Below are positions 24,201 through 37,540 of a stretch of DNA of 38,953 bases, one piece after another; within the stretch, counting starts at the first letter, position 1; every line of letters begins with the position of its first letter. The notes beneath the pieces are model-generated. The model was not told the origin of the DNA. It ran no database searches and saw only the letters and a list, made by a program, of their open reading frames with translations. Source of the stretch: Geosiphon pyriformis uo1. Its lineage: Eukaryota; Fungi; Glomeromycota. The translations under genes were made by a program, and so were the position numbers. The stretch is taken from the NCBI GenBank assembly GCA_016748015.1, contig JAAOMT010000418.1, forward strand, positions 1-38,953. The letters run 5' to 3'.

Positions 24201-24410
24201 AAATATTATAGCATATTTTTAAAAGTATAATAATGAAGAAATCAAACATACGAAAGGTAATCCCAGCCAATATTTATCATATGTGGTTTGAGGCCAATCT
24301 TTCAGCTCATTCTCATCCTCAAGATAATGCCAAGTTTGACGACCATTTTGAACCTTTAACCTCCATCGAGTGAGGTCTGTTTTTTCTAAAAAGTTCAATT
24401 CGTGTGCCAT
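21300..24410 (-). CDS. ERG7: Oxidosqualene cyclase, lanosterol synthase type, about 14 exons
   Basis: [57 protein letters not shown], the catalytic [22 protein letters not shown]-type repeats ([24 protein letters not shown]) and YPNYKFSF. Stop TAA at 21300-21302. Confidence 0.96.
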
Positions 24411-25811
24411 GTTTGAAGTTTTGAAATTAAGAAAAAAATTTCAAGATCTATGCTTGGGTGCCCACCCAAATTAGGATACCTGATAATCTGAGTAGATCTG
24501 AATAATGGTTTCCACGATTCAATAAAAAATATGTAAAATACAATATTCTCTTTCACAATGAATCCTCGAGTTCGTAATTATAATGAATGAATAGCTGGAC
24601 AGGAAATTCTTTAATCAATTGGAAAAGTAATGAGGTTGTAAAAGAGCTGGCATATTAGTGTTCTTCATATGATTATTTATCGTTTATTCTCTCTTATAAT
24701 TACCCTTTTCCTTTGAACGAAAATTGATTAATAATTTTGTGCTTAATCTTCATGTTGGGAATAAATTATTAAAGTGTCATTTCGCGCTCAATAAAAACTT
24801 ATTTTTCCGCTCTGGTTTTTCGAGTAGGTTAAGAATAATTTGCTTAAAAAAAATTAGATTTGGCTTCTGAATAACTCTTTAAACGTTCAACCCAACTCTC
24901 AATTTGCGAATGAAGCACAGAAAATAATCAACTTTAGTAAAAAAAAAAAAAAAAGGGGTTTCAAGATTTATCTGTCTAACGGCTAAATGTGAATATTTCG
25001 TCTCATGATTACTTTTCTCTTTGGCATGGCTGCTAACTTTGATGATGGATTGTTCACTTGAAATATTTGAAACAAGCTACTCATCTGGAAGGACATATTA
25101 CTTAATTTTACCTAGATAATTATCAAAGAAGCTATTTTTGGGGATTGAATACTATTTTCAGTCTTGACACTTTGATATGATTTTGAGAAAAAATGAATAT
25201 GTAATTGGAAATATCTCGTGAGGATTGTGATTATTTTGTGAGATACTAGGATTCGTCGTTCACATTATATTCTTGAAGTTTTTTTTGCAATCTGAGAGGT
25301 AACGTTAAGGAAATGATTTTCAACCAACAACACGAAGATTATAATAGTGAATTTACATCATTCTCGATTCACCTTTTTCCTTGTGGCAAGTAAAACAATT
25401 ATAAGTGCCAAAAAAGTTGACAATGTTTCCGATTATTTAGATTGCTATCTTCAATCTAAATCAAATCAATAGCCCCTAAACAAATAAATAAATAAATAGC
25501 ATACAAAGATAAAATATCAATGCTAAACAATATTTGAAGACAACATTACTTTGAAAATACAATCAAAATTAACATTTTACTTTTTTTATTCAAACAAAAC
25601 AATTTTCGGCAGTTAGATAATTGATAATTAATCAAATTATTTATTATAAAAAAGATTGAGTTAAAAAACTAATTTATTTGAAAAATACAAAGAATTTTTT
25701 TTATAACAATAGAATTGATAATGTTAATTCAAGACCAATATATAAAAAAAGTGCTAAATAAACTGCTAAAAACAAAATTTTTAAGATTTTTTAAAATTTG
25801 CAACAAAATAT

Positions 25812-26260
25812 TTAATAACTAGTTGGTTCTCATTTCTTCTTAATACATTAATCATACTAATAATTAATTTGTGTAGATATTCTATGAAATTCTTGTCCAT
25901 TTTTTTTTGTAATGTGGCAAATAATTCGCGAGTGTTATGCAGGGTGTAGATTTCATTTTCTGAGCTATTTTTGTAAATAATCCCATAAATGTTCAATAAG
26001 ATTAAGATTGGGTGATTATATTGGCCGTTTTAAAAAAAAATTGAATTGTCCAAGTCTTAACATCTTAAGCAATATGAATTGAAGAATTACTTTGTTGAAA
26101 AAAACAATGTTGATAATCAAATTTTTATTGAATCCATGATAAATAAATGTTTTTTCAATAATTTAATATATTCAAACTGATTTGATGTTTTTGAATTATT
26201 TTTTGGAGGTGTTTTTATTAAGAAAAAAATTCTACCACTTCTCAGTCTAGGTTGAATATT
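25812..26260 (-). mobile_element. Degenerate Tc1/mariner (DDE) transposase remnant
   Basis: The minus strand decodes FQQSNSSIHIA*DVKTW (consensus FQQDNAPxH), RPI*SPNLNLIEHLWDYLQK*LRK (consensus WPxxSPDLNPIExLW), ELFATLQ, EYLHKLIISM and terminal PTSY*, in the correct order, with stops and frameshifts. Confidence 0.85.
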
Positions 26261-27392
26261 ATCGGTTTTTTATAATGAAAAAATATATTTTGAATAATAG
26301 ATTAAGATTATTAAATTTGTGCTGATATTTTATATGCAAGTTTTTTTTCTAAGAAAGTGACGATCTTTATACACGTTTAATTTTGGATATTTAAAATTAA
26401 TAAAGATTTTTATATTGATCTCAAAAAATAAAAGATAAATATGATTAATTTTGTTTAATAATTATAATTTTAGTTTATATTTCTTACTATTTATAAATAA
26501 TTAATATATATCTATAAATAAAAATTTAAAGCTATTTTTATTATTTTTGTAACACAAAATAACAAAAATATAAAGTGGTTCATTCCCTTTTTTCTGGTAA
26601 TGTACATTAATAATAAAGTTTGAAAAATCTTAATTAGCAAAATAAACAAAATATTTTCAAGTTTAAAAGATATAACTTCTTAATATTCACACATATTTAT
26701 ATCAAAAACTCAAATTCAAATTAACATAATAATAAACACAATGAAAAAAAATAGTTATGGTTAATTTCGCAGAATACAAGTAAAACTTATAATTTGATAA
26801 ATTAAAAGCCATTGAAAAAAGTTTATTACACATCAAGATTTCTGAAAATTTATAGAACTGCTTAATATATGTTGATCAACTAGTAGGAAAATGGTTAGGA
26901 AACGTAAGAATGAACAAAATACAAGTTGGAATTATGGTACACTTAAAACATTAAAAAACGCATTAAAAATTAAAAGCGTTATGTTATCAATAATGGCTGT
27001 ATAAGTTATTCCAGAAAAATGAAATATGTAAGGATGTATTGGTGTTAACTTTTGCTAAAAAAGCTATTAAGGACATTGAAAAAGGGATCACATTGTTCTT
27101 TTTGTCTTTCGAATTAGCATAATTCAAAATTAGAATATTTATTATTTGATTGTATATTTGCTAGAACTCTAGAAGTATTAATGACAACCGAGTTCATGAG
27201 AGCGCTCGAAATTTACTAAGCTTTAATAAAATGTTCAATTATTCTCAAATTCCCGGTATTGAGAATTATAAGAATTTTCCACAGAATTTTGTTCCCTCGA
27301 GGCAGCTAAAAGGAAAACTGTACCTCGAACCAGAAATGTGAATTTGGAAACTTTAGAAATGTCATGCTAGCTAATACGTTCAAACGTGTACG

Positions 27393-30050
27393 TTAAGCTG
27401 TAGGCGCTTCTACACTCGAACCGAATCTAGGGTCGGCCCAAGGTTGCCGCAATTTAAGCCTTTCTGGATCAATGTGGGCAGTTTGCTGGCCGTAAACATT
27501 CTCTTGAACCTGCTGTGATTTCCTTTGTATGGTACTAAATCGGACCACCAATTATTAAGGATAAAATCAGATCGTTGGAATAACTCAATATTAAGACAAT
27601 TACTGACCTAAGTTTTTCCCCAATAAAATCGATAGCGTTCTTGAAAATCTCTTCAATGCTCTTTTCAAATTGGCGTCTGACCGAGTTTTGGAGGTATAGG
27701 GGATTTAATATGCTGTATAAGAGACTAAGGGATAAAAGGGTAAAAAAAAAAAAAAAAAAGTTGTCAATGGTGTTGAATAGAGGCAAGAAATTTGAGCATT
27801 AAAACTTACTCATGTTGAGTGCTGTGCATTCGTAATTTCAGCTCAGAGACTTTACAACGCGACTCAATAATACGGAAACTAGAAGGTTCGCCTTGGCTAG
27901 GTATATTGAGTAAAAGTTTGGCTGAATATTCTAAGCCTCCAGACTCTTCTGGGATGGAAAAATCAATGAGACCGACCTATGCACAAAGAGTAATGATCAA
28001 GTTCTAATAAGCCTTTTCTAGGAGATTCGAGGGTTTGATAAAAAAAACAAAAGCTTACATCCGTAAAGTTGACCAAACCTTTCTTCTTATAGAAGAAGGC
28101 GATATTTCTCGCATCGGCATTGATCTTGGTGCTTTGAAAACGATTAAAAAGGTAAGTCAAAAAACCACTTAAAGAGAGTAAAGGCGACATTCATTCAGCT
28201 TACACATCGATTGATAGAGTTGTTTGCATAAGTTGATCTTCAGGCCGGTCCATGTTAATATCGGTGGTTAAATTCAAATGAATGTGTTGAGGTACCAAAT
28301 GTGGAATGTGGAGGACGATATTGTCAAATATGTATGAATTCTCTTCGTCTTCACTAAGAATTTTAGAAGGTTTAGTTTAAAAGTGGGAAAGGGCGAAATT
28401 CCTCAACCTTCTGAAATATAAACTCACTATTCAATTCGTGGAAGAGCCACATAACTGAACTTATCACCAATGATAGAAACAATTTTTGTCAAGTCTCTAA
28501 CGAGTTCAAGTTTGATTGTAGGTCTACCTGTTTCATCCAGGAACTAGAAAAAAAGGGTTATTCGAGTTGAAAAAGGAGAAAAAACAGCCAATCATCGAAT
28601 GAGTAAAAGTTACCAGGTCGCCCATCAAGGTGTCAACATCTCTTTTCAATTGAGTCGTCAAGGGATCCTCTTGCAGACCTTCATTGAAGGCGGCCGCTTC
28701 ATGAGCGGCTTTCTTTGTTATATCACCATAGTGTTCCAATAATAGATTTCTTCCATTATCGAGGAATTTAGAGACTTGCGACGTGTACTCTGTTTGGGAC
28801 ACAAATTCGGAATCGCGAAGGGACTTCAATACAAACTCCTTAAGCGTACTGAAATATTGACTTAATTCTTCATTAGTTCGGATTTTCTCGGCGAATTCTT
28901 TTAATGCGTTGATGAGGGGGTCAAGGGACCGATGATTTGCAAAGTTCTCGAGAAGTTCCTTGGCGTTTTTCTCCGCAATCTCAAGGTCTGGAGATTGTTG
29001 GATACTCTCTCCAACATTTTGTCCAACATTTTCCTCAACATGTTTAGCCAGAGAAGAAGACATTTCCTGAGTTTGTTCGCTTATGTGAGAAACGATATTG
29101 ACGAGATCGCTAATAGCATCTTGATACTCTTTTGATTTGTGTATTTCCAGCATCAAATTCTTGACACGTTGAATTATATTCTCACGTCTTTCTGGGGACA
29201 GTTCCAGAGTTCCAGCGACTTCCTCTGCGGCCTCCTTTGAAGCGTTGGTAGCTTTTTGCTGAACATCTGGGTCTAAGATGTTTACTGGTATCTCTGTTGG
29301 GCTACCCTCTTTTCTTGGGATTGCTTGGTCTACCTTTGATAGACCTCTTGAGACGGCCTCTTGAACAATGGAATTGATATCTCCAAAAAGTCGTCGAAAT
29401 TCTGGATGGCTGACGAGCAATTTGACGATATTGACGACCTTGTTCATTCCTATTTTAATCATTTCGCCGGTCTTGCTAGTTTCACCTTCAGCCTTCCTTT
29501 TGAAGTCGTCAGGAATATCAGCAGCTGGTGCGATAACACCTAAATACCATCATAGATAAGTTTAGTGCAGGAAAGACCGAAGTAGGTATATAAAAAGACA
29601 TTGAGGTCAAAAGCAAAAAATAAACTTACTTCCAATATCTTTCACGGCCTTCTTCCCATAAAATAAAGCATTTTGTAATTCATCATTGGCATTTTTCTCT
29701 TCAAAGAGTTTTTTGACTGTTTCTAACAACTTTTCAGTATCGGCCAAAACTTTTCTACCCAATGGGGACATTCCTTGATAAGATCTAAGAAGAATCTCAG
29801 ATTCTTGGACCTCGGTTATGGCGCTACTTAGTTGTTCAGTAGTTGGAAGTTTACCTTCGCTATGATTTCAATAAAAAAAGAAAAATAATTATTTTCCCTA
29901 TGAATAAATTCTCCCTCAATCAACAATAATTCGTAAATATTTATACTTGAAAGCTGCAGTGACCTCTACAGCTTTGTTGCGAAGCTCTAAAGCTTCTCGT
30001 TCGCGTTGTGCACGTTCAGGATCATCTTTAGGTGGGAGTTTATTAGACAT
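27393..30050 (-). CDS. DUF4449/DUF5923 (HAM1-like) fungal protein, multi-exon
   Basis: Spliced reading MSNKLPP..GKLPTTEQL..MSPLGRKVLADTEKLLET.KKLFEEKN..ELQN..LLVSHPEFRRLF..LLENFANHRSLDPL..LPRIEYEDEENSYIFDNIVL..INADARNIAFFYKKK..FTDVGLID..LYSILNP follows the pattern I recall for this family. ATG at 30050, TAA at 27393-27395. Confidence 0.75.
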
Positions 30051-31941
30051 GAGGTAAAGTGAATTTTATAAAGTAAAAAGGATAATTGGCTTTGGGTTTT
30101 GCTTTTGTGTTTTTTGGTTACAAGTGATTCAGAAAGTATAAAGGAACTTTAAGAATAATTAATTAATTAGTTCGAAGGAAGAGTTTCTAGGAGGTATTAT
30201 ATATATTTTTCTTTAATTAAAATTTTTCTAATGGTGAAGGCAAAGAGTCTAGCTTTTTCTTTGATGTCACCTTTACGTACATGGCGTCAATTTCACGAGA
30301 TATCATGGCATCAATTAATCATGGTTGGCGATACTTTATCGCACAATTCATTAAATCCCAAAAGATGGATTGATGTTAAACTGAGTAATTAAAGTTTTTT
30401 TTTTTAAGGGTCCGAACATCTTTGACGCAACATTTTTTTTTCTAATTCCTTATTTTGAACAATTTGGTTAAAGTGACATCAAAAATACGTCAATTCCACA
30501 TGGTGATTTTTGCAATCGATAATTTTTATTTTTATTTTTCAAAGATTTAGTTTATAAATATTAGAATCAATGCTCGTCATTTCAATAGTTTATTTTCTTT
30601 TATTAAAAAGTTTATCACATAATCAATACAAAGCATCATTTTTGACTCTGTTAACAGCAAATAATGGGTATTTTTTATTTTTTTAGGGAAATTTTTTCTT
30701 ACTTTGCTTTTAAAATTTTCTATAAAAGAAAAAAATGAGTGAGTAAAAAAAAGTAACATTTTACATTAAACAAATTTTCGGAGAAAACTTGAAAAACAAG
30801 TAAAAAGTTTCATGGTAAAAGAAAAATCATTTGACGCTCATTATGGAAATTTCTCACGTAGATCGGCGGAATCTTTCACTTGGTTTTTTCCCACTGTTTC
30901 GTCATTCTTTCGGTATGGTAAGACAAGAACGGCATTTCTTGTAATATAAGTGTGAATTATGCTTTAGCTCTATTAAATTAAATTAAATATTTTTTGGACA
31001 AATATTTTTTAAAAATGCAATTGAAAGATTCCTAATTTGTGATAAAATTTTTTTTACTTGAACCATTTTAGATTATTAAATTATGAAGAGTAATGTGATC
31101 AAGAAGTATATATATATTAATTTATCATTTGATTAGGTCTCCACTGAATAAACGAATTTTTGATTTACTTTCTCTTATACTGAGTTTTAAAAGTTCTGAT
31201 GAAACAGGATATCGAGGTTTGAAATAAAAATTTATTAATCGTGGGTAAATTATGTTTTGGAATAATTTTTGTTGAGCATAGAAGAAAATATTTTCTCTCT
31301 TAAAAATTTTCTGCTCGAATACGTATAGGAGATAAACATTCGTCATAAATAGCGCAGTGACGATTTAAAAATTTTTTTGGTTTGATCTAAAAGACATTTT
31401 GTAAACAATAGGAAAGACTTTTCATTCTGCGCCAATAATCTTTTAATCAATACTAGTAGGGGGAATGTTAAAAAAGAATGTTACAATGAAAATCTTATCT
31501 ATGATTAGATTAAAGGTGTTTATAGAATAATTGATAACAAGGAGTGGTGAGACCAGACTTTATCAGGTTGGGGATTAGGCAGATCACTTGCGAAGTGATG
31601 TCAAGACTCCCGATGCTGTTATGTTATGCTTATTTGATTATAACTTAAAGATAAACTAATTATGTTTTTAAAATGAGTTAGTTAAAATTAAAACTTTATT
31701 ATTTTGATCATAAAAATGAATAAGTTCAGAAATATAATGAATAGTCCCATTGTATAATTTTTTATGCCACATTTCTCATCATTTTAACCAAATTTGAATA
31801 ATATTTTCCTTACATATTTTTAAATTAAAAGAAATATATAATTTGGGATTTTAACTGAAAAAATGGAAGTTAAATTTCGAAATATTTGTGTTTTACCCTA
31901 AAATGTTTTCCATTTATTTTTAACTAACTATTTTTAATATT

Positions 31942-31943
<2 letters not shown>

Positions 31944-31973
<30 letters not shown>
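31944..31973. repeat. (AT)n microsatellite
   Basis: About 15 uninterrupted AT units. Confidence 0.9.
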
Positions 31974-31976
<3 letters not shown>

Positions 31977-32289
31977 TGATTAAATTTAATTCAGAAAATA
32001 AAAATAATAAAAATTTATTTTATGAAATTTGATAAAAATATTTTTAAATTTTAATTTAAATGAATTAACTTATCATTTGTAGGCAAAATTCTTTTGTTTA
32101 TTTTAATAGCTAAATTATTTAATAATTTATTTTTTAAAAATATATTTGATTTTAGATAAATTATTGCAAAAAAATAATTTAAGATTTTTTACTTCTTTAT
32201 TATTAGAACTAAAATTATTTTTAATAAATTAATAAAAATAAATTGAAAATTTCTACATGCATTATTAATTTTACAAAAATTACTTTATT

Positions 32290-32590
32290 CCCATTTTTGG
32301 TTGTTCTTGATCTATTGCTGTAACAATAACTTAATAAAAATTGTCCAAAAGAATCTTTTCAATCCATTTTTTCCTAGAATAGTTCTAATCAACGTGTTCT
32401 AAAGAAAAGTCAAACAAAATATAGTCTATTGAACTTTCGAAATTTTCATCGTTTAAAGAATTTAATAGATCTTCAGGTGTTTTATGATTGCACTCAAGAA
32501 ATTTTCTTTACAAAGTCGCAACTTTTGAATATGAATTGTTCAAACAATTTTCTTTGATGACAATAAATGCTTTTTCAATCAAATCGAAAA
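32290..32590 (-). pseudogene. Decayed paralogue of the Sel1-repeat gene N-terminal region
   Basis: Colinear nucleotide matches to 470-635: ttgtccaaaagaatctttt, atagtt(c/t), ttctaaagaaaa, caaaatatagtctat and gaatt..aata.atc, with deletions and no intact frame. Confidence 0.8.
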
Positions 32591-34174
32591 ATGAAATTAA
32601 TAAAGTTAAAAACATGATTTTCAAAAAAGATAAAGAAATAATAAAAATTTTTAATATTATATGAAAAAGAAGAGTTTAACTGGTTAATAAATAGGATTCC
32701 AACCTATAATTTTGTTAAATTACATTCTAACAATATTATGCTTTTACTAGTTTTTAAATGCTAGAATATGTTGTGACCAATTTTAATTATTCCTATCGAA
32801 AGTAATCGTGAAATAGAGTATGGATAAATTGCTCTAAAACAAAAAACTTGAATATAAAGGTCAAGTGAAGTTAATAATTCGAATTTTTGTCTTTTAATTT
32901 ATTTACATCTGTAAACAAACGACATCAAAAAAGTTATGTAAAAAAAAAGGTTTATATTTAATTTTGTCCAATATCCCAAAATAATTCTAAACATATATAT
33001 ACTAGTTGTTTTATCCCTTTTCCATTTATTTAGATTTGTGAGTTAAAAAATTAAAATAGCATTTATCAATTAAAGTCTAGATATATATTCTCCCATCACT
33101 TTCGAGCTCGAAAAACATATTGTTAATTACTGCATAATGAATATATATTTTTTATTTTAGATTTTAGATTTAGATTAATTCTATACTATAAAGCATTTAC
33201 CTTTGTAAAGACTTTCAACAAAGAATGTGGGAAATGATTCAAATTTATATAGAAAAACACATTTATATTGTATTGAAAATGACAATAAGACAATAAACGA
33301 TGATTTGCCATTCGCAAAAAGAAATAGCTTAAATAAATATTTTTTGTTGACAAATCATATTTTCGAAATAAGAATAGAATGTTATTTTTATAATATTATA
33401 AATATTAATTTTTGAATATTATTGGATTTAAGTCTTAAATCTTTATATTTAAAAAGCTGTATTTATATTTTAAATAAATAATTATTTTAATTTACGTTAA
33501 TAGACTAATGTTGGTTAACTTTGAAAGAAAACATTAAAAGTAATTAAACTTAATAATAATTCTTTTATAATCTTTTTTATCAGAACTATAATAAAAAATA
33601 ACTAATATAATATGACTGTAATCTTTGTTGTATCTGATTAAATTAAAGAATTAAAAAATTACTTGTATTTAATCAAAATAAAATAATTATGTATTGTAAA
33701 ATATACTTTAAATTTGTATTTAATCAATTTTTTTTTTGAAAAACACTGATAATACACATTATTTTATATATATACATAAAAGTAAACTTATAATATTATT
33801 TATAATTGGTTAACATTGAAATTAAAAAAACAAAAATTTTGCATATATTTTTTTTTACATCTTTATTATTTTACAAAAATTAAAAAATACATGAGAATAA
33901 ATAAAAAGTATCTTAATAATAATTGTAAATACTGCTAATATCTTATTTTTTATTTTTACTGTATGTATTTATTATTACTGAAATAATTTTTTAAAAACAT
34001 TATTAAGAAACATTAAAAAATTGAAATTTGTATGTAAATAAACATATATATAACATAACTCAAAATTAATATAAACTACTATAAAAAAATAATAATAAAA
34101 TTAATTTTTTTTTAAATTTGTTGTATTTACTTTAAGATTGTTTTAAAAAAAAATTTAAAGAAATTAAAAACATA

Positions 34175-34657
34175 GAATAATATCAATTAAATATTGTATA
34201 TATATTTATTTTAAAAAACTCTGTTTGATTATAAAAAGCAAAAATAGAAAAAAGACCTACTAATTTTGTACATTAATACAAAAAAAGTCACTAATTATAT
34301 AAAAGGCTTAGATGTAATAAGTAAAATAATAATAATTTATGTTATTTAATTATAATATATCAATTCGATCTTTTTGGCCGAAAAATTACAAATTCAGAGA
34401 TTTTATTATCTATTTTACATAAGTACCAATTAAAAATAAGAAGGATTAGTGGTAAATCATTGTTTGTTTTATATAATTCTTAACATTTTGTTGTTTTGCA
34501 GATTTACAAAATTTTTATTAATTTGTGGTTTTAACATATTATTTAACCTATAATAGCACAACAAACAAATTATTATTAAGTTTAACATTTATCTACGTAA
34601 ATATTTATAATTGAAAATTATTTTGGCAATATATTTAAAAAAAAACAATTCAATTTT

Positions 34658-34700
<43 letters not shown>

Positions 34701-35840
34701 TAATAATAATAAATATTTTAAAGTTTTTTGTAAAGAGTCTTACTAAATTTACAAGTTTTTTGTTTTTGTTTTTTACAAAAATTAAAATTATTTATTTGTT
34801 AAATTAACTTGGTAATTTCAATTAAATATTAATAAAAAAAAATTTATTATTTATTTTATTATTTTTTTTTAAAATACTATAAAAAAATTTTCAATACAAT
34901 AAAATTTATTTAAAGATATTAAATATTTTTTTTTCAAAAAATCAGATAATTTATATTTAATAAACATAATGGTAAATGAGCAATTTTTTGCAACTGAATT
35001 AATTACTGTTATAATATAATTTATATTCAATAACCATACAAAATATAATGGTTTCTTTAATTAATAATTATATTTTATGTAAGTATTTGGGCCAAAATAT
35101 ATATTCCAAATTTCTTTATTTTTTTTGTAAAAAGAATTAATAAAACAAATAATAATTTTAGATATGATAGATTCAAAATATTGTTGTCTAAAGGCATAAA
35201 ATCTTGTAATTACTAATTAAATAACATTCGATATTAATAAATATAATAAATTAAAATGTAAAATAAATTAAAACATAAAATAAATTTTTTAAATTTAAGA
35301 ATATTAAATACATTTTTAATGTAATTTGTAATTATAATTATTTAAAATAAATATTAAAATTAATAATAATTTGTTTGTTGTGCTATTTTAAACTCAACAA
35401 CAAATTTTAAATAACAAATTTTTTGTAAATTTGCAAAAAAATATTTGCTAAATTTTTTTATTTTTTATTGGCTGCTCATTCAAAATAGACAATAAAATCT
35501 TTGTGTTTATATTTTTTTTACCAAAAAAAATAAAGTTAATATCTTAAAATTAACTAAGAATAACAAATATAACTTATTATTATTTTTACTTTTATATTTA
35601 TAATTAATAATTTTTTTTCTTTATTAAATTTAAAAAGCCTAAATTGTAAAAAAAATTATTAATAACTAATATACTATTATTAAGTACATAAATAAATATT
35701 ATTTGTTTTAAATTTAAACTTTAATTAATATACAAAACTAATAGTACTTTTATGATTTTTATTTTATTTTTTTGTTATTTTATAATCAGACCAAGTTTTT
35801 TAGTATAAATATCTAAAATCTAAATTAATATTATTTTTTA
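34175..35840. repeat. Long degenerate inverted repeat (arms about 34175-34620 and 35325-35840) around an (AAT)n-containing spacer
   Basis: Exact 28-bp inversion at 34552-34579 / 35360-35387, plus colinear inverted matches (agattttattatctatttt vs aaaatagacaataaaatct; tgattataaaa vs ttttataatca; ttttgtacattaat vs attaatatacaaaa). Confidence 0.7.
34660..34712. repeat. (AAT)n microsatellite
   Basis: About 17 AAT units with one AAC. Similar shorter tracts occur near 1094-1128, 10663-10682 and 19941-19970. Confidence 0.9.
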
Positions 35841-36959
35841 TTGGTTTTTTTATTTTTTTAAAGATCTCTTTTAAAAATTATTTGTGCTTTAATACTGAAA
35901 TTATAATTTGTTTTAAAGATTTAAATAATAAAAAATCTTGAAATTGCCTTAAAGACAATTTTAAAATTGATTTGTATTTTAAAAACTTAAATAATAAAAT
36001 TTTTTTAAATTTTTTTTCAAAAACAATCTTAAAGGTTATTTGAAACCAATGTTGAATATTTTCTTAAAGAGTTGAACATAAAAAATTATTTGTGTTCTAA
36101 TACTTGAATTGTAGTTTATTTTAAAGACTGAATAATAAAGAATTTTAAAGATCTTTTTAAGTTGGTTTAAAAACAATTTCATAATTATAAATTTCCAAAG
36201 AGAAAGTGAAATTTACTTTCGTAATGCGTATTAAGAAATTTGTAAGTACATGACAATATACGTATGTTATTATTGGATTTGCGGAGATTACGAAGGCCGC
36301 TAAAAATTTAAAAAATCAATCGATATGCAGGTGTTTCATTTCAATTGTGTGAAATAAATCTAGTGTATAAGTGAAAAAATAATTTTTTCTATTCTCATTT
36401 TATTTTATTTTTTTCAAGATTAAAAAATCAAACAATAATAAGAGACGAGTTTTATTTTTCCCTTTGTAAAAAATCTTTATAACCCCGAAATAATTATTAA
36501 TATGTTAATTAATTATAAATTGGTTTAATTTTAAAGAATTCTTATTGAAATATTTGCTCTTTTTTACCCCGACTTACGTTATAACTAACGAAATTAATCC
36601 AAAACTTAAAATAGAAAATCATGTTTTTTGGAAATGTTTAACGAAAATTGTATTGAATTATTTTAGCAGATTAAAATTTTAAGTATAAGATACTTTAAAT
36701 GCTTGGTTTGAATAAACCTTATTTTCCAAAACTTAATCGTTATTAATTTGATTACTTTAATTGTAGCATATTCAAAATTTATTTTGCTTTATTTTTAATT
36801 CTTTAAAAATGGTTGATTTAAGATTTTCAATCATATATCCTGAAAGCGATATCTTTATAGTTAAAAAAAAATTTTTATTTAAAAAGAAAATTCCTCACCA
36901 TTCTATTTGTTACTTTGAAGCTCGTGTTCAGTATTCTTGGTAGCAATATAATAAATAAA

Positions 36960-37540
36960 CTAATTTGGAAAAACACATATGGATATTAGATCATCTGAGA
37001 AGTTCATCCAAATGTGAAACAAATCATTTTGTAATCAATGCCAGACCAGTTGTTTGGATTAGATTTGGAAAAATGTGAAACAAATATCGATCGGAAAAAA
37101 GTCTTTAATTTCATCTAAGGGTAATGGTAGCATTAATACACAAAAAATTCAATTTGCTGTTTATAGAAACCAGTCCATGTTTTGATACGTTCAGTCATAA
37201 AACTCAACATCATCAATTCTTGTCCTCATCTCCTCAATAAATATCCCACCGAATTACCATCGACGACGATGGTGTGAAAAGATTTGCGACCAATCCCCCT
37301 CCCAAAAATTTGATGGAATTCGCCAAATCTGAATCCAATTGAGAATATTTCGGTGCCTTTGTTCTCGAAGATATAATTTTTTATTTGCTATAAAAATTGT
37401 TAAATCTGAAAAATAAGAAAATTTTGCGTCCAACTTTGAATAGAGCGTTGCTTTTTGGGGGTACTGTATATTATAAACATTTTTCAGCTCCATAGCGTGC
37501 ATAAGATTCTTTAAGGAACACTTTTCAAGTAAATCTATAA
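36960..37540 (-). pseudogene. Decayed coding-like segment, possibly a protein-kinase relic
   Basis: GC-richer island with an 82-aa ORF and fragments HRNIL and DGNSVGYL, loosely like kinase subdomains IV-V. No HRD or DFG motif is visible and there are many stops. Confidence 0.2.

Noticed and set aside
25781-25996. 71-aa ORF as an intact gene
   Set aside because: It is a chance frame across the frameshifted Tc1 remnant.
17800-30050. Triterpene biosynthetic gene cluster around ERG7
   Set aside because: There are no P450, acyltransferase or glycosyltransferase neighbours, and the cyclase has housekeeping lanosterol-synthase residues.
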